64,000 nucleotides of DNA from a bacterium (GTDB lineage: Bacteria > Zhuqueibacterota > Zhuqueibacteria > Oceanimicrobiales > Oceanimicrobiaceae), in assembly GCA_046758365.1 (NCBI GenBank), contig JBHIAC010000001.1:77202-141201 (forward strand), given 5' to 3'. The position numbers and the translations under genes are program-made. Position 1 is the first letter of the stretch. Every line of letters begins with the position of its first letter. The notes under the pieces were generated by a model, which saw only the letters and a program-made list of their open reading frames with translations, searched no databases and had not been told where the DNA came from. Shown here one piece after another: positions 19,396 through 29,654 of this stretch.

Positions 19396-19565
19396 ATTAT
19401 ATTTAGTATTACCAATAATAAAATTCAACTTTGTTAAATTGTGAATACAACTTTGTAATTGAATTACGATATTCTTGACTAAATTTCCAAAACATTATAT
19501 TTACATTATTTTTATGTCTATTATTACTAAGAGATTATGATTTGTGATTCAATGATGGCACAATA

Positions 19566-19581
19566 TTTGATGTATGATCTT
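19566..19581 (+). promoter_or_regulatory. Sigma-54-like promoter candidate upstream of the secreted hydrolase-like gene
   Basis: TGGCACaatatTTGAT has a perfect -24 element and the same AATAT spacer as the 30417 site. The -12 element is GA rather than GC. Direct repeats CAACTTTGT (19426, 19448) lie ~120-140 nt upstream. Confidence 0.35.
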
Positions 19582-19673
19582 AGGATTCATATTTGTGATT
19601 AAAGATTGTTAATTAAAGGTCTTTAATGGTTTATTATTTAATTATTTTTTTCTGAGGAGGAGAAATAGAAATT

Positions 19674-21467
19674 ATGAACAATTTATGTGCTGTTAAAAAT
19701 ATATCACTCATAATCTTATTGGTAACAATTGGAACGGTTGAAGCTTTGTCACAAAATAATACCACGTCTTATCCAAAAGTAGCCGCTTGGAATTGGGCGG
19801 GGGGTCGGCCTGAATGGTATGCGAAGTTTGGTCTTGTAATCATTTGGCCAAGAGATGCGACAGCAAGATATATCCATGAAATAAATCCCAAAACAATAGT
19901 ACTGCCAACGGATGCCTGGACTTTTCACAGAAATCTTCCAGAGGAATGGTCCATCAGGGACGGAAATGGTAATATAATCACCGGGCTTGGTGGCTCTGCA
20001 AATATGATGGACATGACCAGATTTTGTCCAAAGGTTAACGGGCGCACCTATAATGATTATTTCATTGAACATTATCAAGATTTTGATTTTGTTAATGCAT
20101 GGGATGGTGTTGCATCAGACTGGCTTTGGGTTTTTCCGTGGAGGGCTGATAATGTTGGTATTGATCTGGATAGAAATGGCGTAAATGATTATGACGAATA
20201 TGGGCGATCTTGGGTTCAGGATGAATGGACAAGCGGGATTCGCGATTTTCTGTCAAGATTGAGAAATATTCTACCAGAAGGCAAGGTAATTCTTTATAAC
20301 CCAGGAGGAAGTTCAGGGTATTGGAAAGATCTTACTAATGGGAAAATAACAGAAAAGTTTCCATTATGGGGTGCTGGTAACTGGCGAGCTTGGTTTGATG
20401 AATACATGAATTGGACCGCAAACGGTCAAAAACCATCAACCTATTTAGTAAACGCACATGGTGATTATTTAGCAAAAAACCAATTACCAAAAAGTAATGA
20501 AAATTATCGCTATATGAGATGGGGTCTGGCGAGTGTATGTATGGGAGATGGATGGTATAATTATGAAGCTTATCATGAACACTGGTATAATGAATATTAT
20601 GATGAATATGATTTAGACTTAGGTCAACCAACTAGTGAACCCCAAGAGATCCAGAGTAATGTTTTTGCTCGCTTCTTTGATAATGGTGCAGTAATAGTTA
20701 ATGGAACAGAAGAGACACGTTCGGTATCAGCATCTGATTTACAGAGCCTGAATGGATACAATGGGCCCTATTATCATTTTGTGGGTAATCAGGATCCAAA
20801 AGTAAATAATGGCTCATTATTTACCAGTTATACTTTAGAAGCAGATAATATATATGGTGATGGTTTATTTTTGTTAAAATCTCCAGATACCGTGATTACA
20901 GAAATTATTATCGATAATGCCAGTCACCCGACTACCGCCGGGCAAAGTAAAACAAATCTTATTGGTTCTTGGACGCCAGGTAGAGAGCCGCGTTCGTCCT
21001 CGAATCCATATACAGACAACCCCGCCTGGACTGTGGGTCCTGATTGGAGTCCTGATAACGAGGCGGTCTATCGGTATCATTGGAAAAATTCAGGTTCAGG
21101 CTCTGCCTCGGCAATTTTTCAAGTAGAGATAAATGTGACAGGCCAGTATCATGTGTATGAATGGCATGGTTGGATAGGAGATTCTGAAGCTCAAGTAGGC
21201 GAGGCAACCAATATGCCGTATACTGTGCATCATGCGAATGGAAGAACCGGTGGTACAATCAATTTACGAAATAACCCCGGTAAGTGGAATTATTTAGGTA
21301 AATTTCAATTCAATACTGGGGGAGATAATAAAGTAGTCATCACTGACAATGCTGACGGTCCTGTTATTGCAGATGCACTTAAATTTGTATTCGCTAGTGG
21401 GGAGAATGAACCAGTTGATACCCAAGCTCCAAAACCTCCAACCGGAGTAAAAGTTGATAAACCTTAG
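19674..21467 (+). CDS. Secreted protein: glycoside-hydrolase-like (GHL-type TIM barrel?) N-terminal region plus golvesin-C-like C-terminal domain
   Basis: Signal peptide (LIILLVTIGTVEALSQ). W/Y/D-rich N-terminal ~330 aa. The C-terminal ~200 aa ends ..NKVVITDNADGPVIADALKFV, which resembles the golvesin C-terminal-like domain. Assigned from memory only. Confidence 0.4.
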   Translation: MNNLCAVKNISLIILLVTIGTVEALSQNNTTSYPKVAAWNWAGGRPEWYAKFGLVIIWPRDATARYIHEINPKTIVLPTDAWTFHRNLPEEWSIRDGNGNIITGLGGSANMMDMTRFCPKVNGRTYNDYFIEHYQDFDFVNAWDGVASDWLWVFPWRADNVGIDLDRNGVNDYDEYGRSWVQDEWTSGIRDFLSRLRNILPEGKVILYNPGGSSGYWKDLTNGKITEKFPLWGAGNWRAWFDEYMNWTANGQKPSTYLVNAHGDYLAKNQLPKSNENYRYMRWGLASVCMGDGWYNYEAYHEHWYNEYYDEYDLDLGQPTSEPQEIQSNVFARFFDNGAVIVNGTEETRSVSASDLQSLNGYNGPYYHFVGNQDPKVNNGSLFTSYTLEADNIYGDGLFLLKSPDTVITEIIIDNASHPTTAGQSKTNLIGSWTPGREPRSSSNPYTDNPAWTVGPDWSPDNEAVYRYHWKNSGSGSASAIFQVEINVTGQYHVYEWHGWIGDSEAQVGEATNMPYTVHHANGRTGGTINLRNNPGKWNYLGKFQFNTGGDNKVVITDNADGPVIADALKFVFASGENEPVDTQAPKPPTGVKVDKP

Positions 21468-21653
21468 CGCGGCGAAGCCGCAAATTTCAGAATTGTAGGG
21501 ATTTGCTTATTAGTAGTTTAGATAAAAAATAATGGGGTCATTAAGTCATAACGCTTCGCTGTCATTTATAGTCATTGATATTATTAATCATTTTTTCTTA
21601 CCCCAAAAAACAAAGATATAATTGGTAATACCATAATATGGAGAAATAAAGGA

Positions 21654-23195
21654 ATGAAGTTTAATCACGATAGTATTATACCACGAAAAGTGCTCTTTGT
21701 TGGAATTGATGGCGCTACATATTGGCTAGTTGAAAAAATGATTGCCGTTGGAAAGCTGCCAAATATTTCCAGATTAATACAAACGGGCTCGACCTTCCGG
21801 GTTGAAACTCAAGAACCAGTTATTTCTCCATGCGTCTGGACGAGCATCGCGACCGGTAAAAAACCTGATAAACACGGAGTAAAAAGTTTTTTTGCTTCAT
21901 CTTCTTCTGTGGCTACGAAGCGGATATGGGAAATATTCCAAGACCATGATCTCTCTGTAGGTATTATGGGATACTTTGTTACTTGGCCACCTCAAGAAGT
22001 AAATGGCTTTATGATTCCAGATTTATTAGCCCTTGATAATCAAACTTATCCAAAAGAATATGGCTTTTTACACGATATCACAGATAATTATAAAAAGGGG
22101 AAAAATACGAGTTATTTAAAATTAATAAAGTATGCGTGGTCATCAATCAAGTATGGTATCCAAGTTCATAACCTTTTGGCAACTGCTTTGATATTGATGA
22201 AAAAGAAAATTGTTAAACCTGACTTATTAAACTATTTGTATGAAATACGGGTGCTAAAACAAAAATTATACAGTGATTTATTTATTGCTCTATATAAAAA
22301 ATATAATCCCACCTTTGCTTATTTTCACAATCATTTACTTGATTATTGTTCACACAGTTTTTGGCGTTATATGGAACCAGAAAAATTTGATGATGTGTCC
22401 GAACAAGAGATTACTCAATATGGTACTAAACTTTTTGATGCCTATAGTGAAGCGGATAAAACTTTAGGAAAAATATTAAAAATTGCAGACAAAAATACTC
22501 TTTTAGTGGTAGCTTCTGATCATGGTTTAAAAGCCGCTGCTAATCCTAATGTACAGTGGCGCCAACCCAATATCAATTCAGAGCTTTTAATGAATTACTT
22601 GGGGATTGAAAATGAAGTTTCATTTTCAAATGTGGGATATGATATTGTAGTAAAACCCCGAGTTGAAAGGCCAGGGGCTAAAAAGAAGTTGAAAAGAACA
22701 TTTGAATCAATCACTATGGTAGAAGAGCAATTGCCATTATTTCAAATTTTAGAATATGATACAAGTAATCTTTGGTTAAGACTCAATAATTCTATTCAAA
22801 AAATTGATGGTTGCAACATCAAATGGCAGGATGATATACGTCCTCTAGATGATTTTATACAAACAACAGAAATACGTTCATCAGGTGTTCATGATGGTAA
22901 AAATGCTATATTGATTTTTAATGGATTTGGCGTAAAACAAGGTAAAAAATTTCTAAATAGTCCTGCAGAAGTATTTGATATCATCCCTACTATTTTGGCC
23001 TTAATGAATATGCCAATTGGTAAAGACATGGATGGTAGAGCACTGACAGAAGCAATTGCAGAAGATTTTTTGATTAAATATCCAGTCTCTTACATTGAAA
23101 GTTATGATGATAGCAATTTGACTAGTGAAGCCACTCCTGATATGGTCGCTAATGAAAAGTTAAAAAATCAATTACGAGCCTTAGGATACCTGTAA
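21654..23195 (+). CDS. Alkaline-phosphatase-superfamily protein (type I phosphodiesterase/nucleotide pyrophosphatase family)
   Basis: VLFVGIDGATYWLVEKM..GKLPNISRL..PVISPCVWTSIATGKKPDKHGV and VVASDHG are the metal/nucleophile motifs of this family. Confidence 0.75.
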   Translation: MKFNHDSIIPRKVLFVGIDGATYWLVEKMIAVGKLPNISRLIQTGSTFRVETQEPVISPCVWTSIATGKKPDKHGVKSFFASSSSVATKRIWEIFQDHDLSVGIMGYFVTWPPQEVNGFMIPDLLALDNQTYPKEYGFLHDITDNYKKGKNTSYLKLIKYAWSSIKYGIQVHNLLATALILMKKKIVKPDLLNYLYEIRVLKQKLYSDLFIALYKKYNPTFAYFHNHLLDYCSHSFWRYMEPEKFDDVSEQEITQYGTKLFDAYSEADKTLGKILKIADKNTLLVVASDHGLKAAANPNVQWRQPNINSELLMNYLGIENEVSFSNVGYDIVVKPRVERPGAKKKLKRTFESITMVEEQLPLFQILEYDTSNLWLRLNNSIQKIDGCNIKWQDDIRPLDDFIQTTEIRSSGVHDGKNAILIFNGFGVKQGKKFLNSPAEVFDIIPTILALMNMPIGKDMDGRALTEAIAEDFLIKYPVSYIESYDDSNLTSEATPDMVANEKLKNQLRALGYL

Positions 23196-23362
23196 GAATA
23201 AATTAAATGGGATTGAAAGATTGGATTTTTGATGAACAGGTGAATGCAAAACTTTGAAACACCTTACAAACAGGTCTTACCAAAATATCTTTTTTAGGAC
23301 TCCCTCACAGCCCAAGCAATAATAAAGAAATTTGCAAACTTTGCACTTTGGAGGAAGAGTAA

Positions 23363-24046
23363 ATGAACAAGCTTCAAACATTTCAAGAATTTTTAGCAAC
23401 ACAAAGTGTGCAAGTTCCAATTTCGGGATTTGTGTTTAATCTGTTCATGGCGGCTATTCTGTCATTCTTCTTGAGTCGTATATATGTAAAATATGGCCAT
23501 TCGCTCTCTAATCGCAGGATGTTTGCAGGAAATTTTATTCTGATCACATTAACTACCATGCTGATCATTACTATTGTTAAGTCGTCTTTAGCTTTGTCTT
23601 TAGGGCTTGTTGGAGCCCTATCCATTGTGAGATTCCGGGCGGCTATTAAAGAGCCTGAGGAATTGTCGTATTTGTTTCTTACGATTGGTTTAGGCTTAGG
23701 GTTTGGTGCAGATCAAAGATTAATCACCGTTGTTGCGTTTGTTATTATCATTGGAATTATTTGGCTTAAAAACTTTTCTAACAAATCAGATGAAAATCAA
23801 AATCTGTATTTATCAATTACCAGCCACAATCCTCATAAGATTGAGTTGGAGCAAATCGTCGAAACATTGAAAAAGCATTGTTCTAACGTCAATGTAAAGC
23901 GATTTGATGAAACTAAAGAATTGATTGAAGCTTCATTTCTTGTTGAATTTGATGATCTTAACCAATTGCAAGAAACCAAATATGAATTGCAAAAATTAAA
24001 TGATTCAATCAAAATAACTTTTTTGGATAATAAAGGAATTTCTTAA
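23363..24046 (+). CDS. DUF4956 domain membrane protein
   Basis: SLALSLGLVGALSIVRFRAAIKEPEELSYLFLTIGLGLGFGA is the conserved DUF4956 core. A ~90-aa soluble tail follows. Confidence 0.8.
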   Translation: MNKLQTFQEFLATQSVQVPISGFVFNLFMAAILSFFLSRIYVKYGHSLSNRRMFAGNFILITLTTMLIITIVKSSLALSLGLVGALSIVRFRAAIKEPEELSYLFLTIGLGLGFGADQRLITVVAFVIIIGIIWLKNFSNKSDENQNLYLSITSHNPHKIELEQIVETLKKHCSNVNVKRFDETKELIEASFLVEFDDLNQLQETKYELQKLNDSIKITFLDNKGIS

Positions 24047-24050
24047 ATAA

Positions 24051-26744
24051 ATGATATTGAAGGATTCAAATAAACCTACTATAATATTAAGTTATTTCTT
24101 TAGAATTTTAAAAAGCAATAAATTTATAATTCGTGTTGCCATAATTTGTTTCTATTCAGGCGTAGTATTTTTTTTCGGAGCTCTTGCGCATCGCTCAAGA
24201 TTGATTAGTGAAGGAATGATAAATCACATCTTAGGGACAAGAATTATTAATGAAGCATTAAAACCGCTGAGAGAAGGGATAAAACCGATCTTGTTGGGAG
24301 GATTTAAAGTTCCTTTTAACTATGTTAATAGTTTTTCGGCTAATCCGGAACACATAATAATTGACATCAATCACAAGAATTTTCAGAAGTTGGCGTATAA
24401 ACGGGAAATGGCATTAAGAAAAGGATATTTGGAATTTGACGATGAAGATGATAATTATGTTAGCGCTTATATTCGGTATACAGATAAAAATATGAGGGCA
24501 AAGGTAAGGCTAAAAGGCAATATATTAATTGGAATTAAGGGGGATAAATGGCCTTTAAGAATAATTGTAAAAGGAGATAATAGACTATTTGGAATGAAAA
24601 AGTTTTCAATTCAATCACCACGTGAGAGAGGATTTTTAAATGAGTGGTTTTTTCATAAATTTTTAAAATATAATAATTTGCCATGTTTACTTTATGACTT
24701 TATTGATGTTACAATAAATGGTAAACATTTAGGAATTTATGCTATTGAAGAGCATTTTAAAGATGAGCTATTTCCAAATAATAACCTTAGGGAAGGAATT
24801 ATTATAAGATTTGATGAATCTTGGACTTATTATAAATATTTTGTGCCAACCACGATAACAGAAATAAACTTACAAGCCTATACTAGTTCTACATTAAGTG
24901 CTCATAATTTAGATCTGGTGGAAACTGATTCTACGAAATTCAAACAATTTGTTGTTGCTAAAAATTTATTGGAATCTTTTAGGAGAAAAAAACTGAAAAC
25001 CAGCCAGGTTTTTGATATAAAAAAGATGGCTAAATTTTTTGCTATCGTTGACTTGATGGGAAGACAACATCATGCGATTGCAAAAAGAAATATGAAATTT
25101 TACTATAATCCTGTCACTTCTTTGTTAGAGCCTATCGGATATGACCAAAGGTTTTTGCTTCCTGCGAAATATTTAATCGGCTCATCAAAACAAATATCTA
25201 AATTTCCATCAATAAAAGACGATATACCAATCTGGGAAGACACATTTTTCGAGGATAAGTTTTTCTATATTGAATATATAAAGGCTCTGGAGAAAATATC
25301 AGACAAAAAACTTTTAGATTCTTTTTTTGAAAAATATAAAAACGAATATAAAAGAACTCTTAATATAATACATAAAGATTATCCATGGTATAATTTTGAT
25401 ATCGACATTCTTTATAAAAATCAAGAGACAATAAGAAAAAACTTAATTCCTAAGAAAGCTATTAATGTGTATTATAAAGATTATAGGCAAGACACTCTTA
25501 AATTACAAATAAGTAATATACATTATTTTCCTATAAAAATTAACAGCTTATCTTATAATGATTCAGTTATAGTATATCCTACCAAAGAGTATATCGTGCA
25601 GTCTAAGGTGATTAATCAACCTATGAAATTTCAAAACATAGACTTTGTTTTACCAATAAACAGTACTAGGAAAGATTCGATTATCTTTGATTTTAAAATT
25701 AATTACATGGTCTTAGGTACTGAAAAAATTTTGCAGGAATCTATTTTACCAGTGACCTACTTAGATGAAAATTTTATACAGAATGATTTTATTAGGCAAG
25801 AATCAAATATCAAAGAAATTAATTTTCTAGTGGTCAACGATTCTTTAAAAAAAATTATGATAAAACCGGGAGAATGGAACCTTGATCAGAATTTACTAAT
25901 TCCAAACGGGTATGATGTTTTCTGTTTTAAGGACACAAAAATAAATTTAATTAATTCTGCCAAAATCTTATCTTATTCTCCCATTTATTTTTCGGGTTCT
26001 GCGGATCATCCCATAATATTTTATTCTGCAGACTCAAGTGGTCAGGGATTGGTTGTAATGAATAGTAACAAAACTTCTTCACTTCAATGTGTCCTTTTTG
26101 ATAATTTATCAAATCCTTCTCAATCTGACTGGGCATTGACGGGTGCGGTGACCTTTTATGAATCTTCTGTCAATATTACATTATGTAAATTTATGAATAA
26201 CAGATCTGAAGATGCCCTTAATATTATCAGATCCGAATTTCAAATAAATAATACCCTATTTAGGAACACACAATCCGATGCATTTGATGCAGATTTTTGT
26301 AAAGGAGAAATAAATAATTCAATGTTTTTGAATTGCGGTAATGATGGAATTGATGTTTCAGGTACGAATATTGATATTGAGAATATTACAATTGATGGGG
26401 CGCAAGACAAAGGGATAAGTGCTGGTGAATTTTCTGTCATTCATGCTCAGAATGTAGAAATAAGGAATACTGCCTTAGCACTTACTTCAAAAGATAACTC
26501 AGAATTTGTTATTGATGGTGGAAATTTAAAGAATTGTGAAATTGGATATACAGTTTTTCAGAAAAAACCTGAATTCGGTCCTGGAGCAATAACAGCCAAG
26601 GCTGTTTCCATAGACAAAACTAATATTCATTACTTAGTTGAAGAGCGATCAATACTTTTAGTAGATGGAAAGAGGATTGAATCAAATAGAAAAAATGTAA
26701 AAGAAATTCTCTACGGAGTTGAATATGGTAAAAGTAGTCAATAA
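24051..26744 (+). CDS. CotH kinase family protein fused to right-handed parallel beta-helix (PbH1) repeats
   Basis: N-terminal TM anchor. CotH-like core (KVRLKGN..GDKWPLRIIVKG..KKFSIQSPRERGFLNEWFFHKFL..INGKHLGIYAIEEHF). C-terminal beta-helix repeats (NRSEDALNII..NTQSDAFDADF..NCGNDGIDVSG..GAQDKGISAG). Confidence 0.75.
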   Translation: MILKDSNKPTIILSYFFRILKSNKFIIRVAIICFYSGVVFFFGALAHRSRLISEGMINHILGTRIINEALKPLREGIKPILLGGFKVPFNYVNSFSANPEHIIIDINHKNFQKLAYKREMALRKGYLEFDDEDDNYVSAYIRYTDKNMRAKVRLKGNILIGIKGDKWPLRIIVKGDNRLFGMKKFSIQSPRERGFLNEWFFHKFLKYNNLPCLLYDFIDVTINGKHLGIYAIEEHFKDELFPNNNLREGIIIRFDESWTYYKYFVPTTITEINLQAYTSSTLSAHNLDLVETDSTKFKQFVVAKNLLESFRRKKLKTSQVFDIKKMAKFFAIVDLMGRQHHAIAKRNMKFYYNPVTSLLEPIGYDQRFLLPAKYLIGSSKQISKFPSIKDDIPIWEDTFFEDKFFYIEYIKALEKISDKKLLDSFFEKYKNEYKRTLNIIHKDYPWYNFDIDILYKNQETIRKNLIPKKAINVYYKDYRQDTLKLQISNIHYFPIKINSLSYNDSVIVYPTKEYIVQSKVINQPMKFQNIDFVLPINSTRKDSIIFDFKINYMVLGTEKILQESILPVTYLDENFIQNDFIRQESNIKEINFLVVNDSLKKIMIKPGEWNLDQNLLIPNGYDVFCFKDTKINLINSAKILSYSPIYFSGSADHPIIFYSADSSGQGLVVMNSNKTSSLQCVLFDNLSNPSQSDWALTGAVTFYESSVNITLCKFMNNRSEDALNIIRSEFQINNTLFRNTQSDAFDADFCKGEINNSMFLNCGNDGIDVSGTNIDIENITIDGAQDKGISAGEFSVIHAQNVEIRNTALALTSKDNSEFVIDGGNLKNCEIGYTVFQKKPEFGPGAITAKAVSIDKTNIHYLVEERSILLVDGKRIESNRKNVKEILYGVEYGKSSQ

Positions 26745-26812
26745 TCTCTTGATTATAGAATCTCTACTAAATGCTTACGGTACGAAGAATCGGGTGAAAG
26801 TTCGTATATAGT

Positions 26813-28054
26813 ATGAGAATTTTAACAATAGATAAATTTTATTTTATCAAAGGAGGGGCCGAACGGTATTACTTTGAATTAAAAAGAATTTTAGAAGAAC
26901 ATGGCCATACAGTAATTCCATTTTCAATGGTCCATCCTGATAATTATGACACCCCTTACAGCGATTATTTTGTTGATCATATAGAATTCAATGGGCTTTC
27001 AACGTTAAGATCAATCGTGGAAAGTCCGAAAATAATAGGCAGGATTCTATACTCAAAGCAAGCGAAACAAGGGATAAAGCGTTTGATTGATGATACTAAT
27101 CCAGACATTGCGCATTTACATATGATTGATCATCAACTGTCGCCTTCCATTTTGGACGTGTTACGCGATGCGAATATACCTGTCATTCAAACCTTGCATC
27201 AATACAAACATGTCTGTCCCAGTTATCGCCTCTTTAACACTCGTACAGCACAAATTTGTGAAAAATGCCTGGACGGTCATTTATGGCATCCCATGGTTGA
27301 AAAGTGTCATAAAGATTCTATTATTTCCAGTGCACTTCTAGTTGTCGAAGCATATTTTCATCGATGGCTTAGGATTTATGAGAACATCGATCTTTTTCAT
27401 GCGCCAAGTGAGTTTATGCGCCAAAAGATGATTTCAGGAGGATTTTCAAAAGAAAAAATTGTAAAGCAATATTATACTATTCGCCTTTCAGATTATCCTT
27501 TTTACCAAGATTTCAAAGATTATTTAATTTATTTTGGCCGCCTTTCCGAAGAAAAAGGGCTTCTTAATTTATTAACAGCAATGAAAAAGGTTAAACGACT
27601 AAAATTACTTATTGTTGGAGATGGACCGCAATGTGTGGAGTTAGAAAAATTAGCTTTAAAGCTTGGCCTAAATAATGTTACATTTGTTGGTTTAAAATTT
27701 GGGGCTGAATTGAAACAGTTGGTTAGTCAGTCAAGATTTGTTGTTGTCCCATCGCTATGGTATGATAATTCACCTTTGGTTATTTACGAAGCATTTGCTA
27801 TGGGAAAACCTGTCATAGGTTCCAATATAGGTGGAATATCTGAGCTAATCGATCCAGGTGAAAATGGATATTTATTTTCACCAAATGACATAGAGAGCCT
27901 TTTATCATATATTAATGAGTTAGGAAGAGACAATAAAAAAGTACGTCGTTTTGGACAGAATGCCAGAATGAAAGCGGAAAAGGAATTTAATCCGACCCTT
28001 CATTATCAATGGATTATGAATATCTATAATGAGCTACTTGATGAGAAACGGTGA
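26813..28054 (+). CDS. Family-4 (GT-B) glycosyltransferase
   Basis: KGGAERYYFEL N-terminus and C-terminal motif SPLVIYEAFAMGKPVIGSNIGGISELI. Confidence 0.8.
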   Translation: MRILTIDKFYFIKGGAERYYFELKRILEEHGHTVIPFSMVHPDNYDTPYSDYFVDHIEFNGLSTLRSIVESPKIIGRILYSKQAKQGIKRLIDDTNPDIAHLHMIDHQLSPSILDVLRDANIPVIQTLHQYKHVCPSYRLFNTRTAQICEKCLDGHLWHPMVEKCHKDSIISSALLVVEAYFHRWLRIYENIDLFHAPSEFMRQKMISGGFSKEKIVKQYYTIRLSDYPFYQDFKDYLIYFGRLSEEKGLLNLLTAMKKVKRLKLLIVGDGPQCVELEKLALKLGLNNVTFVGLKFGAELKQLVSQSRFVVVPSLWYDNSPLVIYEAFAMGKPVIGSNIGGISELIDPGENGYLFSPNDIESLLSYINELGRDNKKVRRFGQNARMKAEKEFNPTLHYQWIMNIYNELLDEKR

Positions 28055-29187
28055 ATAATATGGCAAAAAAGATCACCTTATTACAAGTTGTAAATGGTTT
28101 GGCTGCCGGGGGTGGTGAATTAAAGCTTTTGGAACTATTAAAGAATCTCGGCCCTCAAAAATATAATATTGTTATAGCCAGTGTAGGTCAAGGTGGTGTT
28201 TTAGAACAGGACTTTCGCCAATTGGGCTATCCTCTATTTATTTTCAATAAAAAACATCGGTTTGACGTGACTTTGATTTGGCAGCTTGTAAAACTCATAA
28301 AGCGGTATAAGGTTGATATCGTTATGACAACTCTCTTTTACGCAGATGTTATCGGTGCTATTGCAGCATGGTTGGCTAGAGTCAATGCTGTAATATCCTG
28401 GGAGGTATTTACTGCGCCCCAACAACGTCGTCATAGTCTGGTTTATAGGATTGTACAACGAAATTTTACTAAAGTCGTATCTGTTTCAGAGGCTATAGCC
28501 CGTATTGTCATTAATGAACGTGGGGTTCCTGCTGAAAAGGTGGTTACCATTCACTACGGAGTTGATACAGAAAAATACAAAATAAACCATCATCTAAATA
28601 AGCGCGCAGAATTAGGTATAGGTGAAAAAGAGATTATTTTGGGCACGGTTGCGCGCCTTACTGAACAGAAGGGGCACCGATATCTTATTGAGGCGGCACC
28701 TGATATTATCGCAAAATTTCCCAATGTGAGATTTGTCTTTGTTGGTGGAGGGCCTTTGGAATATGAACTAAAACGACAAATTCAAGATTTAGGTATTAAA
28801 AACTATATTATTTTTCTTGGAGTCCGTAAGGATGTGGTTGAATTATTAAACACATTTGATGTTTTTGTACTGCCTTCTCTCTATGAAGGTCTCCCGAATG
28901 TAGTTTTAGAGGCCATGGCCTGTGGAAAACCTATTGTTGCTACTTCAGTAGATGGAACCCCTGAAGCTGTGATTCATGGAGAAACAGGCTATCTTGTAGA
29001 ACCCCAAAATCCGACTGGACTATCTGAAGCTGTAATTAATCTGCTCAACCAGCCAGATCAAATAATATTATTTGGAGAAAACAGTAGGAGAAGAGCAGAA
29101 AATTATTTTTCTTTAAATAGACAAATTAAACAATTTAAGAATCTTTTCAATAATATTACATTAGCTAATAGCAATTGTAAAAAATAA
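28051..29187 (+). CDS. Family-4 (GT-B) glycosyltransferase
   Basis: GGGELKLLEL N-terminus. C-terminal EGLPNVVLEAMACGKPIVATSVDGTPEAV (E-x7-E). Overlaps the preceding stop; ATG 28060 is an alternative start. Confidence 0.8.
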   Translation: MNNMAKKITLLQVVNGLAAGGGELKLLELLKNLGPQKYNIVIASVGQGGVLEQDFRQLGYPLFIFNKKHRFDVTLIWQLVKLIKRYKVDIVMTTLFYADVIGAIAAWLARVNAVISWEVFTAPQQRRHSLVYRIVQRNFTKVVSVSEAIARIVINERGVPAEKVVTIHYGVDTEKYKINHHLNKRAELGIGEKEIILGTVARLTEQKGHRYLIEAAPDIIAKFPNVRFVFVGGGPLEYELKRQIQDLGIKNYIIFLGVRKDVVELLNTFDVFVLPSLYEGLPNVVLEAMACGKPIVATSVDGTPEAVIHGETGYLVEPQNPTGLSEAVINLLNQPDQIILFGENSRRRAENYFSLNRQIKQFKNLFNNITLANSNCKK

Positions 29188-29210
29188 GAGATAATAACGG
29201 ACAAACAAAT

Positions 29211-29606
29211 ATGACAACTGGAAAAAATTTTATGAAAGGTTTTTTATTAGGAATAACAACTTCTTTAATTTTATTTCTTGGGCTTCTGTTACTTGTATGG
29301 ATAAATCGTGTAAAGATTGTTGATGAAGCATTGAATTATGCATTTCCTACTCTTGCTGAAGAAGTTTTCAAAGCTATGCCTGATGCTTACATTTCCGTTA
29401 ACATAGAAAAAGTGATAACCACCTTTGACGCATTTACCAATGCGGCCTCAAAAAATGCAATATCCAGACAGGATTTTAATAAATTGGGAAAGCTATTAGC
29501 AAAAGTACTGAAAGATAAAAAAATAACCTGGCATGAAATGGACGCAATAATAAACTTGATGCAGAAAGTAACAAAAGACCAATACAAAAGAAAGTTTAAA
29601 CATTAA
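29211..29606 (+). CDS. Hypothetical membrane-anchored protein
   Basis: One N-terminal TM helix (GFLLGITTSLILFLGLLLLVWI), then a helical, K-rich soluble part. No family recognised. Confidence 0.45.
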   Translation: MTTGKNFMKGFLLGITTSLILFLGLLLLVWINRVKIVDEALNYAFPTLAEEVFKAMPDAYISVNIEKVITTFDAFTNAASKNAISRQDFNKLGKLLAKVLKDKKITWHEMDAIINLMQKVTKDQYKRKFKH

Positions 29607-29654
29607 ATAAAGAAATAATAACATCAAACAAATTTAAAAAGGGGTGATATAATT

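Noticed and set aside
21467-21481. GCGGC-GAA-GCCGC hairpin after the hydrolase-like gene, considered as a terminator.
   Set aside because: It has only a 5-bp stem with a 3-nt loop, overlaps the stop codon and has no downstream T-run. That is too weak to call.
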